From NCBI RefSeq assembly GCF_006345805.1, contig NC_043013.1, positions 53,940,001 to 54,004,000 on the forward strand: a DNA stretch of 64,000 nt, in the 5' to 3' direction. The DNA comes from Octopus sinensis. Taxonomy: Eukaryota. Below the pieces are notes generated by a model that worked only from the letters and a program-made list of their open reading frames with translations, had not been told where the DNA came from and made no database searches. Shown piece after piece: positions 12,930 through 26,463 of this stretch; position 1 is the stretch's first letter; each line of letters opens with the position of its first letter. Made by a program: the position numbers and the translations under genes.

Positions 12930-13925
12930 TTCAGTAGCATTTCTATACAGTATATCCATTGTAAATGATGGATGCGCAAAAGGTGTAGTGGGGTTGCAAG
13001 CAGACTGAGAGAAAAGGTAAACTCTGTTTATGACAGATATACAGAAGAGTAAGTAGACAGAGTACACATAATCTCCTTGAAATGCTTGGAGGGCTTCCTA
13101 GAAATGGTCAGTCGCTTTTCTTACCTATTTTTTTACTACCCCCAAGGGGCTAAACACAGAGAGGACAAACAAGGACAGACAAACGGATTAAGTCGATTAT
13201 ATCGTCCCCAGTGCGTAACTGGTACTTATTTAGTCGACCCTGAAAGGATGAAAGGCAAAGTCGACCTCGGCGTAATTTGAACTCAGAACATAACGGCAGA
13301 CGAAATACGGCTACGCATTTCGCCCGGCATGCTAACATTTCTGCCAGCTCACCGCCTTTCTTACCTAGGTGACCTAATTAGCTGTGATGCTTGTTGTGGT
13401 CAGAGTATGAACAGGAGTGCGGGATTTCCGAGAGTTACTGTCTCTGCTGGCAACAAAAAGTTTTTCTCTTTTTGATGTACAGATTGAATGATGTATTAAG
13501 TACAATATGTAAGCTTTGAGTGTGAAAGATTTTTGAAGGTTAGACAAAAAATGGAGGAAGCCTACTTTGCTGGATGTACATTGTTAGTGACCATGAACAG
13601 CAGAGAGGAAATGAGTTGAGGACTCAGAGGAATCAGATGTCTTATGCAAAAGAGAAAGCTGCACTTGTAATGGCATCCGATACAATATGAAGGATGGCAG
13701 TTGCATAAAGAAGTATCAATGTTCCGAATGGATGGAGCCTGTGGATGTGGAAAGACAAGGAAGGCATAAAATGGAGTGGTGAAGACTGTTCTCAAGAGGC
13801 TGATTATCATGGAGAAGATGACAAATGAATGTGACTCATGGCAAAGTGCTGACTAGAGAAGACCCACCCAAACAATGCATGCTTGGAAAAATGGATGTAA
13901 AAAATCAGATGATGTTAGTGATGGA
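12930..13925 (+). mobile_element. RTE LINE 3' remnant, interrupted by a SINE
   Basis: Peptides HCK*WMRKRCSG, LEMVSRFSYL|GDLIS and FRELLSLLATK align with the 43159 element; ends in a degenerate GAT tail. Confidence 0.75.
13128..13356 (-). mobile_element. tRNA-derived SINE family B with 11-bp TSD
   Basis: Near-identical to the 30540 copy; TSD tttcttaccta at 13117-13127 and 13357-13367. Confidence 0.92.
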
Positions 13926-13959
13926 TATTGAGATGAATAATATTTACATTTGAGTTTCT

Positions 13960-14855
13960 CTTGACCACAAAGTCTTTATTAAATCTTTATATACTGTTCT
14001 CCCTCTCTCTTTCACTCATCATTCCTGCCCTCATCCATCATACATCCCTTCTATCAATGTGCCTCTCTACCATCATTTTCTCTGCCTGCTTCTATGATGA
14101 GGATGGCATTGCATTGAATCTTTCCCTTTTCAGTCCATTCTATATTGTCTCTTCTTTATTGCTAGATCTCGTTCTTTCTCACATTTTCCCCTCTCATACC
14201 TATGTTGACATCCCTCACACTCTCTCTTAGCAGTCCCTTACTTTTTGCATTCCCTATCTTATAACCTTCTTTCCCTCATCTCCCCCTCTTCATTTACACC
14301 ACACTTATTTCTATTCAATCCCCTTACCAACAAATGTCATATAGCAGTCCATTACTATCTCTTTTCCTTTATTTTTTCTCACTCCATTCACTTTGACTTG
14401 GGTTTCTCTTTTACCACACTCTCTTCTGTCTGTAAGGGATTGCTACAGCTAAGGATGCAGCAACCCTGTGGTCAGTGAATGGAAATAGTGTTAGGTAGAA
14501 AGGAATCTTTAGTCTTGCTAAGGACAAGACAAGTCCTATATGTTGTTGGTGCAATTAAAAGTAATTATTGGCAAGTGAATGAAGACAAGAAATGGTAGGA
14601 CTCTGTAAACTTGTGAAAGACAAATCAATCTCTCTAATGATGTTGCCATGATAATAATGCACCCACTATATGATGTAAAGTAGTTGGTGCTAAGAGGGAT
14701 ATCTAGAAACCATGTCAACAATGAGCCCTATGAATGAGATGATGTGCCCAGACTGTGCAGGAGGGTAGTAAATGTGAATAAGAACTGACTCTAAGATATC
14801 CCTTCAAACTCATACAGACATGGAAATATAGACATAAAGATGATGATGATGATAG
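13960..14855 (+). mobile_element. Pyrimidine-rich tract followed by degenerate RTE-type tail ending (GAT)n
   Basis: CT-rich 13960-14420; tail motifs taagagggatatctagaaacc and catggaaatatagacataaagatgatgatgatgat. Confidence 0.4.
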
Positions 14856-17800
14856 TATTTATATCTCTGTGTGTTGGCAAAGAAATGACAAGGAATCTGC
14901 AGAAGAGGAAGACTTTGGAAGAAATGGTGAAGGTTGATCTCAAGATGGAGATGGTTAATGAAGATGCTGTGCTTCTTCCAACTCAAGCAGAGTTAGAAAA
15001 ACAGACATAAAATGATGGTGGTTTATGTGCAGGCATTTAATGAGATTGATATTAGGCAGAGAGATTGTCACCCCTGTTATTAAGGTGTATGCTATGCAGT
15101 AAATAATAGTTCAGTCAGTCTTCTATGAAAGAGGTATCACGATATTTTCAATATTTCCCCTAAGCTTATCACAAACCTTTTAACACTTCAGTAACAACGT
15201 AAGAAGAATGATGATGATCATTATTGAATTAGCTTCGTGTATGTGTGTGTGCTCATGCCTATGTGTGTCTGTGTGCGTGCTTGTGTCTATGTGTATGCTT
15301 GTATGCCTCTGTGTGTGTAGATTGGTATATGTAAACTTTATAAATGCATTTGTTACATTTGAAATGAGTCAAGGTTATTAGGAAAGAAGAGAAAAACTGC
15401 AATTTATCAGTTTTCGTTTGACTTAAAGTAACAAATAGGATGTTGACTGATGTCTTAGCTTTAAGCTAAATTCTCAAGTTATTCAGGTTATTGATAATCT
15501 CACTCACATTGTTGTGAATCTGCAATCAGAAAAGCCTAAACTGAAAAAAGCCAACTGCAAAGTTTGGGGATTAATTGTTTCCTTATGAATTCTAATCCAA
15601 TTTTCATTAATTCATCAGTGTTAATGATAATAATTACTCCAGTGTTGTTACTATATGCTTCCACACATTATTGCAGAAATTGGATCATGATATTTTGTCA
15701 AATTTTATGGTTTCCTTTTTAAAAAGTTTTGCCTCTCAATGCAATCTCTTTGGGGATATTTGTAAATCAGATAAACATATACATCCATGAAGACACACTT
15801 ACACACAATTTTGCTGAACATTTTTAGATATTTTCAGTTATATTTTTAGCTTAAACTTTTTACTTTATGATATTTTTAACTTTACTTCCAAATTTTAATC
15901 AACATAAAACTTGTCCTAGATTTAAAGTCAATTTAAAGTAGTTCAGTATAATTTCAACTTTACATCATTAAAGTTGTGAATTTAGAGAATGCTTAAAAAC
16001 TTCATAACCTACCTGTAAGAAATAAAATAACACTCAAACCTTGTAAATTCTGCTTTATCGTTTATAAAAGATGGCCTAAATTTAAATTTTCAAGCTATTT
16101 TTGATAGGAAAAATTTATTCAAAGCAAATAGCTAATTTTAAATTTAATTCAATAATTTGGGAAATAGAAATGAATTTTATTTTTCTTTTATATACTGATT
16201 GTCAATTAAGAAAGTGAAATTTTTCAAAAAATCTTATGAATCCTTAGTACAAAAACATAACAAAAAAAGGTATTTATCTGTTCTGGAAAGGTTTCAAAAT
16301 AATATCTTTGAAAAATTGTTTTATTCAGACAGACTAATTCAAGTCATTTTCTTATTCCTAATATTAATGTTCTTTAAAGAAAAGTCAAAATTTAAAAATT
16401 CCTTTTTGTTTTAGCTTTGCCTAAAACCTGTCAACTTATGGCTCTGAGTGATGAACAGAAATTTTTCATTAACAGAAATGACACAGATAAGTGCCCTAAG
16501 AAATAAAAATTTAACTGCATTAAAATTTCTTTATAGAAAAACAACTACTTTTTCTTCATTAACTAGCTTAGGAAATGAAAAATATATGAACATCTGATTA
16601 TAAATATTATGGTCTTCGATGATTTTATTTCATTGTTTTCTTAATAAATATATTAAATTAGTTGAAAACACAAGTATAAAACACCATTAAAATATAACAA
16701 ATTTGTTATATATATATATATATATAATATATATATATATATACTCAAATTTTGATTTAAAACAGTTATTTAAAAAAACACTTTTAAAAAAAAATTTTAT
16801 AAAAGAAAATGTATTTCAAAACCAAAGTCAAAATTTAAATAATATATTGATAAATTTTTTATAAAGAAAACAAATCGCTACAATTAATTTAGGTGTCATG
16901 TGGGATGAACTTTTTAAGGAAAAAAAAATTTTTCCAAATTTCCCATGCAGTCTGGTTAACATTGGTGATGTTTGGTAGAAGTATTTTGTCATCAGGTAAG
17001 GTTGTGTATCAACCAAATAAATACATTCTAAAACTCTTAGATACTGTGCCAGCAAAAAATTAAAAATACAAGCATCATTTTCCCTAAAATATTTAAAATC
17101 TGAAGAGAAATTATTAAATTATAAATATTAAAATCCTCTGTTTCAGAACCATCTGGCTAGCCATAATTTCCTTGTATAACATAGCTGTTTTATATATTCT
17201 TTGTTTGTGTAACTTTATAGATAGGATTCTGTTGAAATATTTGGTTGAAAAATGAAACCAATTTAACTTTAGAAACTTAAATATTTCTAGTGTTTTTGTT
17301 GTTTTTTTTTAGTTTTTTTTTAAAGTTTGACAATTATCATGTGCAAGATAACTACAGATGATTTCACTTTGAAATAAGCATTAAAAGAAGACAAAAAAAA
17401 TCCTTGAATGAACACTGACATACAAAAGGAGACATTTTTTGTTTTTCCTGTGCTGCCACCTATTGCATGCAGACATATTAAAAGAAAAAAAAAACAAGAA
17501 GAAAAAATAAACAAAAAAAACCCAAACAATATTTTTTGCCCAACAACTTAATAGATGAATAAATAAATACTATTGCATTCATTTTAGGTTGGTCTTTGGC
17601 AGTATTTCATTGAAGCTTTCTTACTTTATGGAATGAAATTCAGGATAAAGAAATAGTTATAAAATAAACAAAAAACAATTTTTTTTGTATTTTTCTTTCT
17701 TCATTATACTTGTCTTAGATGTGTGTATATGTGTATATTTACAAGGGTGTAATAAATCACCGTTCACAACTTACTGAGGAATAAAAATCTCTAGTTGTAG

Positions 17801-18229
17801 TTTCTTGTTTGGTTTTGCTGCCAGATGTGAGCAGATCTGTTCAGAAAATGCTATCAAAGAGTATGTATTGAATAATTGGTTTTAAAAGTATATTTACAAG
17901 GAATTAGTAGTAGTTATGTTTAGAATGTTCTGCTTTGTCACTTTATAATATTAATTCTTATAGTTTGATCTACTTCTATCTCATTCCTTAGCAGGTGTAT
18001 TTTAGGGTCACATGTAGTTTGGGGAATTTGTTGACATTTTCAACTGTGCACAATTCCATGCTTTCTCACATTACAGCATTCATTCATTCACCTATTCTTG
18101 TCATTACATACTTCTTTTAGTTTCTAGTTTAGAATAATATAACCTAAGGTATGTGTATATGGAAGTTGATACTTTAGGTGACAGCTAATGGAACTTACCC
18201 AAGGTTCTAAAAGCTTGTTGTATTGGATT

Positions 18230-18296
<67 letters not shown>

Positions 18297-18304
18297 ATAT
18301 ATAT
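18230..18304. repeat. (TA)n microsatellite, interrupted
   Basis: Direct reading. Confidence 0.95.
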
Positions 18305-19377
18305 GAATGTATATAACTATTATTAAACAAAGAAACTTTGTTTTGTCCTAGTTTTCTTGCTTACTTGAAAATATAAGGATCAAATCTATTTGTTCTATTC
18401 TTAAGCAAATCTGAATGGAACTTTAGCAGAAGCAATAACAACAATTCTTCTGAGGTCTTTAGCCATTTGTAGTTGAATCGAAATCAATAAAATATATAAC
18501 TTTGAGAAGTTTGTATTATTCCTATTATTGTTATTCATTTTTGAAGAAATATTTCCTAGTGTTGTTACAGTAGCCTTATAGTTGAACATCCACAATGACT
18601 CCTCATCTTTCTTGAACAATAACTGCTGACTATGTTAGCAATGGCTAAAACCAACATTATTCTTCTTTGCAATTTGGCGCTAAATGAAATAACATGAAAT
18701 ATTCACACAGTTTCATTCTTTCATTCAATCTGAAAGATCTTTGTAGATGAATACCGCATTAATAAATAAACTGATGACGGCAGGATTCAGCCGACAACAC
18801 ACACACACACACACTCATACACAAAATCACTGTTAGTCTATCTGCATTGTACTAATTTCATTGCAGATTACTAAATAATTCCAACAGATGGAAAATTTTG
18901 AATATCTTTCAATACGATTAATGGCAGCAGTTTGTGCACATTTTATACTTTAGCTTTATGTGTATCAATGTATACATAAGATTCCTTGTGTCCTTTTATA
19001 TATGTACATCTTTTCTCCAAGCCCCATCCAACAAAAAGTAACATTTCTGGAGGCTGTATTATTAAAATAAAACTATTTTAGGCTGTCTAAATTTATCAAC
19101 TGCTACATTTATGCATATATCAATATTTATGAAGGAAACGTAACTTTACCAACATAATATGAATTTGTATTTGTTTAAGTTTCTGTAAAATGCGTTGTTC
19201 ACATGGATAGAGGTGAGTACTTGTCTGCATCGATACAGTCAGGAAAGAACAGGACTCAAATTAGAAACAGAGTAACATTATTTCGAGATGTTATTCAATC
19301 AATGTGCTTTTTGATAGGGATGCAATTATAAGGAAGTTTTTATTCACATATACTAAATATATGTTAAATTTGTAATG

Positions 19378-19415
<38 letters not shown>

Positions 19416-21329
19416 GCATACATATATACACACATATACATTTTTGTTTTTATGCCTGCTTTCAGAGAAGTACCATCCCCTCACTTCCTTTAGTTCTCTT
19501 TCATACTTGAAGAACTAATTAATGTAAAAAACATTTCAGTTTGTGTCATCTTAGTTGTTGAAACATAATTTATTACTGACCAGCATCACTTTTTATGATA
19601 CATTAGCCTGTGGTCAACTATATTCTGATATCTGGATCTTGTTGCAATTAGAATTAGGTGTATGTAAAAATACTATCATTGTCTGTGATACTGTTTTGAA
19701 CTTGTAATTTGTTAGAAAAGTGATGGATTTATTTAGTACAACATTGTTTTATTTTCCAAATAAACTGAAATTTTCTATGAAAATGTATTCTTCCCAAACA
19801 GAGAAAATGTGATATTTATTTTGTATAGATACATACATAAAAGTCAATTATATCATGGATTAATTAGTCCAGTGGTATTAATGTAAGACATTGATTGTAA
19901 GTATTATTATTATTATTAATTTATAATAGACCTTGTCAATAAAAATTTACCATCTGTACTAGTAACTGATTCTGTTTCACTCAATGAGAATGGAGTGTGC
20001 ATGCAGAGACTTTATTTTCACTTCTATAGACATTCCAAAAACAAACCACCTTTTTTGATATTCCTGATAGACGTTTATAACGAATTGAGAATATACACAT
20101 GTTCATACATGCATGCATACACACACAAACACACACATACAAACACACAGTTTATTTCATTTCCTAGGAGATCTTTGATAGTATATTTATGCTTATAAAA
20201 TATATTCCAATAACAGTCCATTACAAGGTTCAGTAAATTTGTATTTGTTAGGCAAATAATCTTAAATTTCTTGTACACCTTTTTATAATGAAAAAGTACA
20301 GGAACTTATTAGAAACATTTCTTCTATTAGTTTTCCAGTTTTAAACAAATCAGATTGCTCTGTTGATTATTTATCTTGCCTTTGTCATTTTTTTTAGAAA
20401 TTAAATTCAAATTCTTGACTTGTTCAGCAAAGCCAACAACATCAGATTTAGTTCCAAAATAATTTCTAACGGTTATGCTTCCGTAAACCAAATGAGTTGC
20501 CTTTTTGTCTTACCCTCTTTCTCTCTCTCTCTCTCTCTCTGCCTCTCTCTCTCCCTCTCTGTTCCTCTAGTTGTCTCCCCTTGAATCCGATGTATTTTTC
20601 ATGTAACTTCATCCTGTGATTTCTATTTGGAGCTCATATGATACATACATATCTGATACATATATTATGTCATATCCATGTACATTGTACATTTTTGCCA
20701 CTTTTGTGCACAGGTGATTAATAATGTATGGTTATACTTTTGTATTTTTCTTCTCTCATTAATGAGATAAACTGTGGGTTAGGGTAACATTTGGACAAGT
20801 TAAATATCTAAAGCAGATGAATAAATCCTGCCTTTAATTTAAATGTATATATTTCAAAATATACATTGTTAATGAACCTACATTGGTGTGTGTATGTGTG
20901 TTAATATTTGTGTGTATGTGTATGTGTGTGTGTATATTTGTATATACATATATGCACACACACACATGAGACATTATACATATATTTGCATATGTTCTTA
21001 TAAAATATTAAATGTGTATATGGATATATCTATTCATATGTTTTACTACAGGCAGCATATATTTCTGCTTAGTCAAATGAGTGTTTGACAGAACTAGAAC
21101 TCCCTTTTCATACCATCAGTTTCATAGAGTCCTATGTCACCGTAGTAACGTTTGTCTTCACTGGGAGAAACTCTCTAAATGAATCGCATATGGGGAGCTG
21201 TATTAAACCAGAGTATCAGATCCTATACACACACACACACACACACATACATATTGATGCTACACACTTATAGATGAAGTGTGTAAGGAACTCTTGTTTT
21301 TGTATTGCATAAAAACATAAACACACATC

Positions 21330-21366
<37 letters not shown>

Positions 21367-22779
21367 GTGATTGCATATGTGTAATTCATGTACATATATA
21401 AACATTTGTGTGTAATGGTGTATGTTTAGCGTCACCATATATGCACAGTAAACTAATATGCATAACCACATATTTTAAAATAAACTGATGTGATAAAAAA
21501 AACATCCTTCATATGATTGTTCATTTTTTTTTCTTTTATTTCATCCTAGCCTTAAAACCCTTTATTCAACACTTATCCCATGTTAGAAAATGATATAAAT
21601 GAAATTACTTCCAAATGATACCTAACAGTTTAATAATTAGGGACTCTGGCAGCTATGAGCTAAAAGTCAGTACTGGCTATTTCAAGCTATCTACCATAAT
21701 AAATAGTAAAATGTCTTCGGTTTATTTAACATTCATGTGGCTAGTGACAGATTTACTTCTTTATACCATAATTTTATTTAAAAAAAAAAAAGATTTTCAT
21801 TTTTTCTTTTTTATTGGTAGATATATACTTAGATTTTTTCCATCTCACAGGAAGTGGGAGATATGGTTTCGATACATATTCCCTCAAAACAGTGTTTTAA
21901 TATACATTAGCAACAAAAATTAGTAATTACACACTTAGTATATACTTACTATATAAGAGTGATAATGAAATAAACAAACAACCCCCCCATCCCTCACAAA
22001 AAATGGCGCTTTGTTTATCTTTCTTTTCTGCTTTTAAAAATTGCATCTTTTAAAACTTTCTTTCACATACCTTGGCTTATATGTGTATTATTTTCTTTTA
22101 ATATTTCTTCAATGTGTTAAAAATGCTAGGCAGTTTCTCTCTACATCTGCTCAGAACCATATATAAATGCAGTTTTCTCTTCTAGCAATTTCTTGATTCC
22201 TAGCGTAATTCAGTTTCAAATTATGTATTTTAAATTTCTCTTCCTTCTTTTTCATCTCTTCCTTCTTATTTTCCCATTCCCATTGAATAAATTTCAAATA
22301 AATTAAGTGAGCATGTCAATGAGAAGATTAAAAAAAAAGATTTTTCTATTTTATGTTTAGACTGTTTTGTTGGGTTGGGGATAAAATTTGAATAATTTTA
22401 TAATAGATTGCCTCTGAGATTTTCATTCATATAAGCATTGCTGGGAAAACCTCAGAGATCTACCAATTCCAATAGGCTCTTCTGTCCCATTTTAAACAAC
22501 GTAATGAGTCAGCAAGCCAAAACTCCATCTCAGAGAGCCTATTTAATATGCTGATGATTCTCAGAGTACAATTCTTCATAGATACATGGATTAGTATTCA
22601 TTTCACAAACCACTAAGTATTAAGATTGGAACAAAACCTCTGTTAACTGAATGAGATTGTTTCTCTCACCTCATCAAGTTTTAAATCCGTCATATAAAAA
22701 GCTGGTTCCATGATTAGTTTTCTCATTTGTAAACAATGTGTATTAATTTCATGACATAGATACACATAAACAAAAACAC

Positions 22780-23210
22780 TCATACATATATATGTATATA
22801 GTGTCTGTATGTATGTATATACATATATACGCACATACATACACACCACATATACATACACAGACATGCATACAAATTTATAGACATATATATAGTTTGT
22901 GTGTTACATATGTATTAAATATGTGTATGTATATGAAATATATAAGTATTATTATATATATATGCATTATATAATTTATATATATATTGTTTATATATAT
23001 ATATATATGTATATTATATAAAGAATATATGTATAATATATATGGTATATACAATATATATATATTTATGCAATACGATATATAATAAACATATATACAT
23101 GTGTGTGTATATATATATATATACATACACATACATGCACACACATGTATGTGTGTGTGTATATATATATATATTTGTACTCATGTATTTATACACACCC
23201 ACTCATACAT
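22780..23210. repeat. Compound TA/CA/TG low-complexity region
   Basis: Alternating purine-pyrimidine runs; source of several spurious Y/I/C/M-rich ORFs. Confidence 0.9.
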
Positions 23211-23855
23211 ATAGCTTGTATTTTCATTTCTTGACCAACAAAAATAGGTTTCCAATTTAAAAAAAAAACAAAAAGAAAAATTCAATTTTTTTCCTCTCGC
23301 TCTGCATTCCCTTTTAGCACATGGTTGTGCCATCCCATTTGAAAGTAGTAACTTTTCTCTCTCCAAGACAATAACAAAATTCTGAACAAGAATCCTATGA
23401 ACATAATGGTTACAACATGATCTTTAAACATGTTGGAGTGGTTTGCATCACGAATAGCCATGCATGCTGTGAGAAATTCTACATCAACATCAGAATAGAC
23501 TCTGAGACAATTATGTGATGATAAGCTCAAATTTCTACTTGATTTCGACTTTGATTTTGGTGAGCTTCGACATTTGGCAACCTCCATTTTTGATTGTTGT
23601 TGGAAGTTGTCCTCAAAACATATCCAGTAATTGTTGAGATAATTTCAGATTGGCTGGTCAGCGAAAATGTTACTGAATATACTCAGACAGCAGCAGAGGC
23701 AGAACTTTCTTGAAATCTTCTTGCCAATCAATATATTTTGGGATATTGGAGTTGTCACTTCTGTCACTGGTAAAATCCAACATTTTTGTCAGACTCTTTT
23801 CAGACACATCTGCATCAATACTCTGCTCCATCAATGGCAAGTGTATCATACATAC

Positions 23856-23897
23856 TTGTTGCCATGGATATTGTTATCCCTTTGAAGGTTGGGTGAG
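23856..23897 (-). other. Candidate 42-nt exon of an unidentified gene
   Basis: Acceptor cttaatgtatcttttctttcctgcag, donor A|gtatgt; length a multiple of 3; open as HPTFKGITISMAT or SPNLQRDNNIHGN. Confidence 0.4.
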
Positions 23898-24699
23898 CTG
23901 CAGGAAAGAAAAGATACATTAAGAATTGGAATAAGAAGAGAATATTTTAAAATATATTTTCACTATTTCAGCTTTTAAAATAGAAAAACAAAAACCCAAA
24001 ATTGCTATTATCAAGATCTATTCTATCATCGTTTTGGCAGACATGCATTTAAATCATAATTGATGAGTAAATAGAATAAGAAATTTGAATATAAAATCAT
24101 TTCAAGACTTAAGAGGGTCTGAAAGTGTTTATGTACACATGAAAATGTGTGTGCGTGTACATATATTTTCTTTATTCATAATCTTAAAGAAAGGAGGGCA
24201 GTGAAGTTTTATAGTGTGGATGGCTAGGATAACTAGGTAAAGTTGATATGATTATGCTTACATTTAGGCAGTTAATAAAGACAGGAAGACAAAACATTTT
24301 GTCTGATCAAACACTTGAGATAATGTTGGGCTGACAGATGCAAATCAATGTTTTAACACTGTTATATCTACCAATAATAGGAAGAATGGCTTCGCCTGTT
24401 TTTTAATTGATATCCTTTGTAACATATAATTGGTCTTTTGAAGAGGTTATCGCACATAGAGGCCAAACATTTATAAGGAATGCAATAATCTTAGCAAGCA
24501 TAAACACTTGTGTTTGCGTGTGTTTGTCTACGAGTGAAGTTCTGTGGTACAAATATATTTCATTGGAATTTCAAGAATGGTCACAAGCTGAATAATCATC
24601 TCCATTTATTGCTTTGCTAACAGATTGACTTAAGAGATTTATAATGTCTTGTATTTGTGAATGAGCCCTTAAATTTTGAAATAATAATGATTTCAAATT

Positions 24700-24903
24700 T
24701 TACCACAAGGGCAGCACTTTTGGGGAGAGGGGATGAGTAGGCTACATCAACACTAGTGTTCAACTAATGCTTTATTTTATTGCTCACAAAAGGATGAAAG
24801 GCAAAGTCAACCTCGGTGGAATTTGAACTCAGAGCTTACAGACAGGCAAAGTGTTGTAAAGCATTTCATCCGACGTGCTAACGATTCTACCACATCACCG
24901 CCA
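24700..24903 (-). mobile_element. Older SINE related to family B
   Basis: aaaggatgaaaggcaaagtcaacctcggtggaatttgaactcag core plus gtgctaacgattctacc head. Confidence 0.75.
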
Positions 24904-26409
24904 TAATAATTGTAATAATAATGTAACTTGAAATAATGGGCTTTAATCAAAATATAGCAGGCATGGCATTCTGAAGCTATTAGCTCAACAGTTTACAGTT
25001 TACCACCTCATATGACAGTTTTTCACTCATATTTGTTTTTTTTAGTACTCATTTGTGTGTGTGTGTGTCTGGTGGTGGTGGTGGTGGGGGGTCATACAGA
25101 GCATCTTCAGATATCTTGTTAAATTACACCTGCAATGTGCTAAAGGTCTTGCAAGTCTATGGAAGTTGTTAGTCAGGAATCAATGAACAATTGTAGCAAT
25201 GACTTGGATGAAGCCATGCTATATACACTCCTGAAGTCACAAACACGATTTTGTGGGACACATTTCTGATGTGCATGTCATGTTCACACACACATGCACT
25301 AGTGTGTAGGTTTGTGCACCATATATATCTCGTGTTATTGACTGCATTCTTTGAGGATATGATAAATGTAAATTTTGTAACTGTGCGTGTTCACATGTCT
25401 GTTTCGACTTATCTGTCATAATTCTCTTAAAACAGTTTACAACAATCTGGAGATTATATTTCTGATGATGTTTATTGCAAATTATGTGTGAAATGTTTCA
25501 AATATTTTTCATACTCTCTTGTATATTTTAATAACTATGATCATCATTAGAACTGAACATAAATTTCCTTTCCAATGATTCAGTCAGAAAAGCCATTTCA
25601 TTTTAAATAATTTCATTGTGTAACACAAATCCTCTAATCCATTTAAGTTATGCTTTATCTCTTTGAGTGAAAACTACTTCAAACCAACTGTGATTTTGTT
25701 CACAACTTTTGCCACACTTTTGTTTTGAGCCAGTCAGATCAACATCAATAATTGAATGGAATTTATTTTATCCTTGGAAGATGACTAGAAGTGATGGCTT
25801 TTATTCAGTTTGAATTTAGGGAATTAAGAAATGCAAAATATTCCTGCAAAATATTGTTTAGTTGCTCCACCAGTTCTGTCATTCACTACATTATGGCTAA
25901 AAGATATAATGAAGTCTATTTCATTTCTGGTGTTTTTTAAAGCTGCTTTCTTGTCTCTCCATGTTTTCAGAAATAACATTTTCTAGTTTACAATTTTAAA
26001 TTTTAATGTGTTTTCTGGTAATAAAATACTGCTCCAGTACAATTATTATTAATTGAATAAGAAATGAAAACATTTTATCATCAAGCTGGCTATTGTTTAA
26101 ATAAATATTAAGTGTTAATTAATAGAAATATTAGACACCATGTTTAGAAATGCTAAAAGATATAATGATGGGAAAATTACAAGCATTTCATCTTAATTTG
26201 TTGAGAATATGAAATATTTTCATGTTTTGTATGGGCTCTGCCTCTCTTATTCAGAACTACCTAATTAAAAGAAATTAATTACTTTCTCTTTGTTTTAAAT
26301 ATTTTTCTCTAATATTGAAAATTTTTTATTGTTTTGAAAATAAACAACCATAAAATTTTTTGAAGAATTTGCTCTTCCACATTAAAAGTGTTACCATTTA
26401 GTTTGTTCC

Positions 26410-26411
<2 letters not shown>

Positions 26412-26461
<50 letters not shown>
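26412..26461. repeat. (CT)n(CA)n compound microsatellite
   Basis: Direct reading. Confidence 0.95.

Positions 26462-26463
<2 letters not shown>

Noticed and set aside
16951-16995. Plus-strand mini-exon candidates (16951-16995 and 19180-19212)
   Set aside because: Splice signals are plausible and frame-preserving, but such pairs occur on both strands in AT-rich DNA; not supportable without RNA data.
17738-18210. Possible Tc1/mariner MITE starting tacaagggtg (also tacagggtg at 59416)
   Set aside because: No matching inverted end found.
18401-18619. 72-aa minus-strand ORF with an upstream acceptor-like site near 18680
   Set aside because: No in-frame link to the acceptor, no good donor, no homology recognised.
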